Of a stretch of 64,000 nt of DNA, positions 61,858-64,000 are shown piece after piece (positions within the stretch are counted from its first letter, which is position 1; each line of letters begins with the position of its first letter). The position numbers and the translations under genes are program-made. Location of the stretch: contig JAXGMI010000001.1 of the NCBI GenBank assembly GCA_040768745.1, positions 448,001 through 512,000 on the forward strand, read 5' to 3'. The stretch is from Desulfomicrobium sp. GTDB taxonomy: Bacteria > Desulfobacterota > Desulfovibrionia > Desulfovibrionales > Desulfomicrobiaceae. The notes under the pieces are model-generated. The model made no database searches. It had not been told where the DNA came from and was given only the letters and a program-made list of their open reading frames with translations.

Positions 61858-62036
61858 TCTTTTCTCCTCCCTAACTGTTTGAATTCATTTTGATAATTTC
61901 CAAATTCATTAATATTCGGAATGCATAATTCAGATTGGACCCAAAATTTTAACGTCTTCCAATCTCCTTGATTTTTTTTAGTATTATATCCAGATCCAAC
62001 GCTGATTCTCTCAACCATCTTTTTCCCAGTAATAAC
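61854..62036 (-). pseudogene. 3' remnant of an AT-rich gene interrupted by IS66
   Basis: 60 open codons (VITGKKMVERISVGSGYNTKKNQGDWKTLKFWVQSELCIPNINEFGNYQNEFKQLGRRKE*) from the IS end, with the stop overlapping the RTX start (ATGA). Confidence 0.65.
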
Positions 62037-62100
62037 GTAAGCGCTCAGGCATCCGCATCTTCCTGGGACGTGCCTGTGATGTGTGATATGAGCAGAAGTC

Positions 62101-63654
62101 TTACTTTTTGCGAGGCTTGGGCTTGGGAAGGCTTGGGAGAAGGGATTTGTCCACGTGCTGCGGCATGAGCGCCCGCATGTCTTCCGTGGTCCGTGCTGCG
62201 GGGAAGCGTTCGAAGAGGAATTTCAGGTAGGCTTGGGGCTCGATCTCGTTGGCCTTGGCGGTTTCCACCAGGGAAAAGAGCATGGCGCTGGCGTCAGCGC
62301 CCTTGGGGACTCCGGCAAAGAGCCAGTTCTTCCGGCCCAGGGCCACGGGGCGGATGGCGTTCTCGGCCGTGTTGTTGTCGGGCGTGAGCAATCCGCAGTC
62401 CACGTAGCGCACGGCCCGGCTCCACTGGTTGCGGGCGTAGGTCATGGCCTGTCCGAGCAGGCTTTTGGGCGGGACGTGGTCGATGCGCTCGTCGAGGATG
62501 GCCCGTATTGCGTTGAGGATGGGAACTGCTTGCTCCAAGCGCATTGGTACCTTTTCCTCCGGCTCCAGTTCTTTGATATTGTGCTCGACCTTGTAGAGCA
62601 GACCGATGAGATCCAGGATTTCCTTGGCCGTCCCGTGCGTGATCTTCTTTGAGGTCGCTTTCTGGACGTCCATGAACTTACGACGGATGTGGGCCATGCA
62701 ACCGACATGGATGATGCCGTCCGATTCGCCGAGAGCCTGGTACCCGGAGTAGCCGTCGGTCTGGATGTAGCCCTTGTACTCGCCCAGATACTCCTTGGGG
62801 ACAGAGCCCGACCTGGTCGGGTCGTAGCAATAGACCACGGTCGGCCGATCTGGATTGCCGCCACGGAAGAGCCACAGATACGATGTGGAAGTATCGGATC
62901 GCCCTGGTTCGTTGAGTACTTGCAGTGTGGTTTCGTCCATGTTGATGACCGGGCCGGAGCGGATTTCCGCCTGGAACAGTTCATGGAGCGGCTCCAGCGC
63001 CTTGGCCACGGCCATGGCCCATCCGGACATGGAATGACGCGGGATGTCCACGCCCAAGCGGGCAAACTGCTTGGTCTGGCGGTAGAACGGCATGGCATCG
63101 ACGAACTTGGCGGTAATGACCTGGGCCAAGAGGCTCGGCGTGGCGATGCCCTTGGGGATGATCTGCGGCGGCATGGGTGCGATACGCACCACCGGCATAC
63201 CCTCCTCTCCGTCGCAGGCCGGACAGGCGTACTTCGGGCGGATATGGCGTTCTACCCGCATGACGGCCGGGACGTAATCGAGCTTTTCGGAGACTTCTTC
63301 GCCGATGCGCTTCAGGCAGGCTCCGCAAGAGCAGAGTTTCTGGTCTTCGGGCAGATCGTGAACGACTTCGATGCGCGGCAGGTGATCCGGCAGAGGCTTG
63401 CGTCCCCGCTTGGCTCTGGTGTGGGCCGGGACTTCGACGACGGGCATTTCCGCAGGCTTCGCCTCTGCGATCCTAACCAAGGGCAGAGGTAGGATGCCTT
63501 GGTAGAGGTCTTTGGATTTCTCGGACTTGGGAGCATACAGGGCGGCCTGCAACAGGGCCACGCGATCCTGGAGATGGCGGTTTTGCTGGTAGTAATCCCA
63601 GACCAGATGCTTGAGTTGCCCGATGTCATCGGGAAGGTTCTCGATGTCTCCCAT
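62101..63654 (-). CDS. tnpC: IS66 DDE transposase
   Basis: RKPLP.HLPR, CxCG...IGEEVSEKL, P.YRQ, MDET, TDGY..Y, C.AH.RRKF, DNN.AENAIRP..LGRKNWLF; start could be 63702. Confidence 0.95.
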   Translation of the reverse strand: MGDIENLPDDIGQLKHLVWDYYQQNRHLQDRVALLQAALYAPKSEKSKDLYQGILPLPLVRIAEAKPAEMPVVEVPAHTRAKRGRKPLPDHLPRIEVVHDLPEDQKLCSCGACLKRIGEEVSEKLDYVPAVMRVERHIRPKYACPACDGEEGMPVVRIAPMPPQIIPKGIATPSLLAQVITAKFVDAMPFYRQTKQFARLGVDIPRHSMSGWAMAVAKALEPLHELFQAEIRSGPVINMDETTLQVLNEPGRSDTSTSYLWLFRGGNPDRPTVVYCYDPTRSGSVPKEYLGEYKGYIQTDGYSGYQALGESDGIIHVGCMAHIRRKFMDVQKATSKKITHGTAKEILDLIGLLYKVEHNIKELEPEEKVPMRLEQAVPILNAIRAILDERIDHVPPKSLLGQAMTYARNQWSRAVRYVDCGLLTPDNNTAENAIRPVALGRKNWLFAGVPKGADASAMLFSLVETAKANEIEPQAYLKFLFERFPAARTTEDMRALMPQHVDKSLLPSLPKPKPRKK

Positions 63655-63701
63655 GCAAGAATATTTAGCAATAATATCTTGAAATAGCAAGATATTTGTC
63701 A

Positions 63702-64000
63702 CTATAGAACCGATCTGTAGTACAACCGCTGATGTGCTCCTTGCGGCGTGAGCGTGAGTCCATCGAGGAGCCAGCCAAGCTGTTGCGGGGTGATATTCAT
63801 GACCTCTGACGCCCGCTCGGGCCAGCAGAATCGATGCTTCTCCAGGCGCTTGTGCCAGAGGCAGAAGCCGTTGCGATCCCAGTACAGCACCTTGATGGCG
63901 TCGCGCCTGCGGTTGCAGAAGACAAAGAGGTGTCCGGAAAAGGGGTCCAGATCGAGAATGCCCTGGGCCGTCATGCTCAGTCTGTCGATGCCGGCGCGCA
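63702..64000 (-). CDS. tnpB: IS66 accessory protein TnpB (5' end outside the window)
   Basis: LDPFSGHLFVFCNRRR..IKVLYWDRNGFCLWHKRLE..RF.WP, L.WLLDG. Confidence 0.93.
   Translation of the reverse strand, partial: RAGIDRLSMTAQGILDLDPFSGHLFVFCNRRRDAIKVLYWDRNGFCLWHKRLEKHRFCWPERASEVMNITPQQLGWLLDGLTLTPQGAHQRLYYRSVL

Larger units (their letters stand above)
62037..64000 (-). mobile_element. IS66-family insertion sequence (left part outside the window)
   Basis: Terminal GTAAGCG at 62037, abrupt GC shift, tnpB followed by tnpC. Confidence 0.93.

Overview
64-kb chromosomal window, probably from a sulfate-reducing Desulfovibrionales-type bacterium (inferred from gene content and synteny only). 0-10 kb is housekeeping: FKBP PPIase, relA/spoT, SWIM-SNF2 helicase, GDPD and an atypical dnaA paralog. 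10-30 kb is a complete Lap-like biofilm locus: degenerate membrane HD-GYP protein, LapG-like protease, T1SS HlyD/ABC/TolC, a 3699-aa adhesin with a TAAG cleavage motif and 23 apparently identical 363-bp repeats, and a PilZ gene. 31-44 kb is core again: pal, thyX, ruvBAC, yebC, rlmE, uvrA, hldD, hisHF and a degenerate GGDEF-EAL gene. 44-64 kb is accessory: a type I R-M operon, an RTX lipase with hlyD, and an IS66. The most unusual signals are in the R-M operon. (i) A DUF559-type endonuclease domain flanked by inverted hairpin repeats sits in frame inside hsdR, and nuclease-less copies of the same repeat sit in frame in hsdM and elsewhere in hsdR. (ii) An IS200-like Y1 HUH transposase gene occupies the loop of a three-hairpin inverted-repeat element, preceded by about six empty tandem copies that form a chain of ATGA-coupled ORFs. 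All calls come from reading the sequence by eye; no searches were run.
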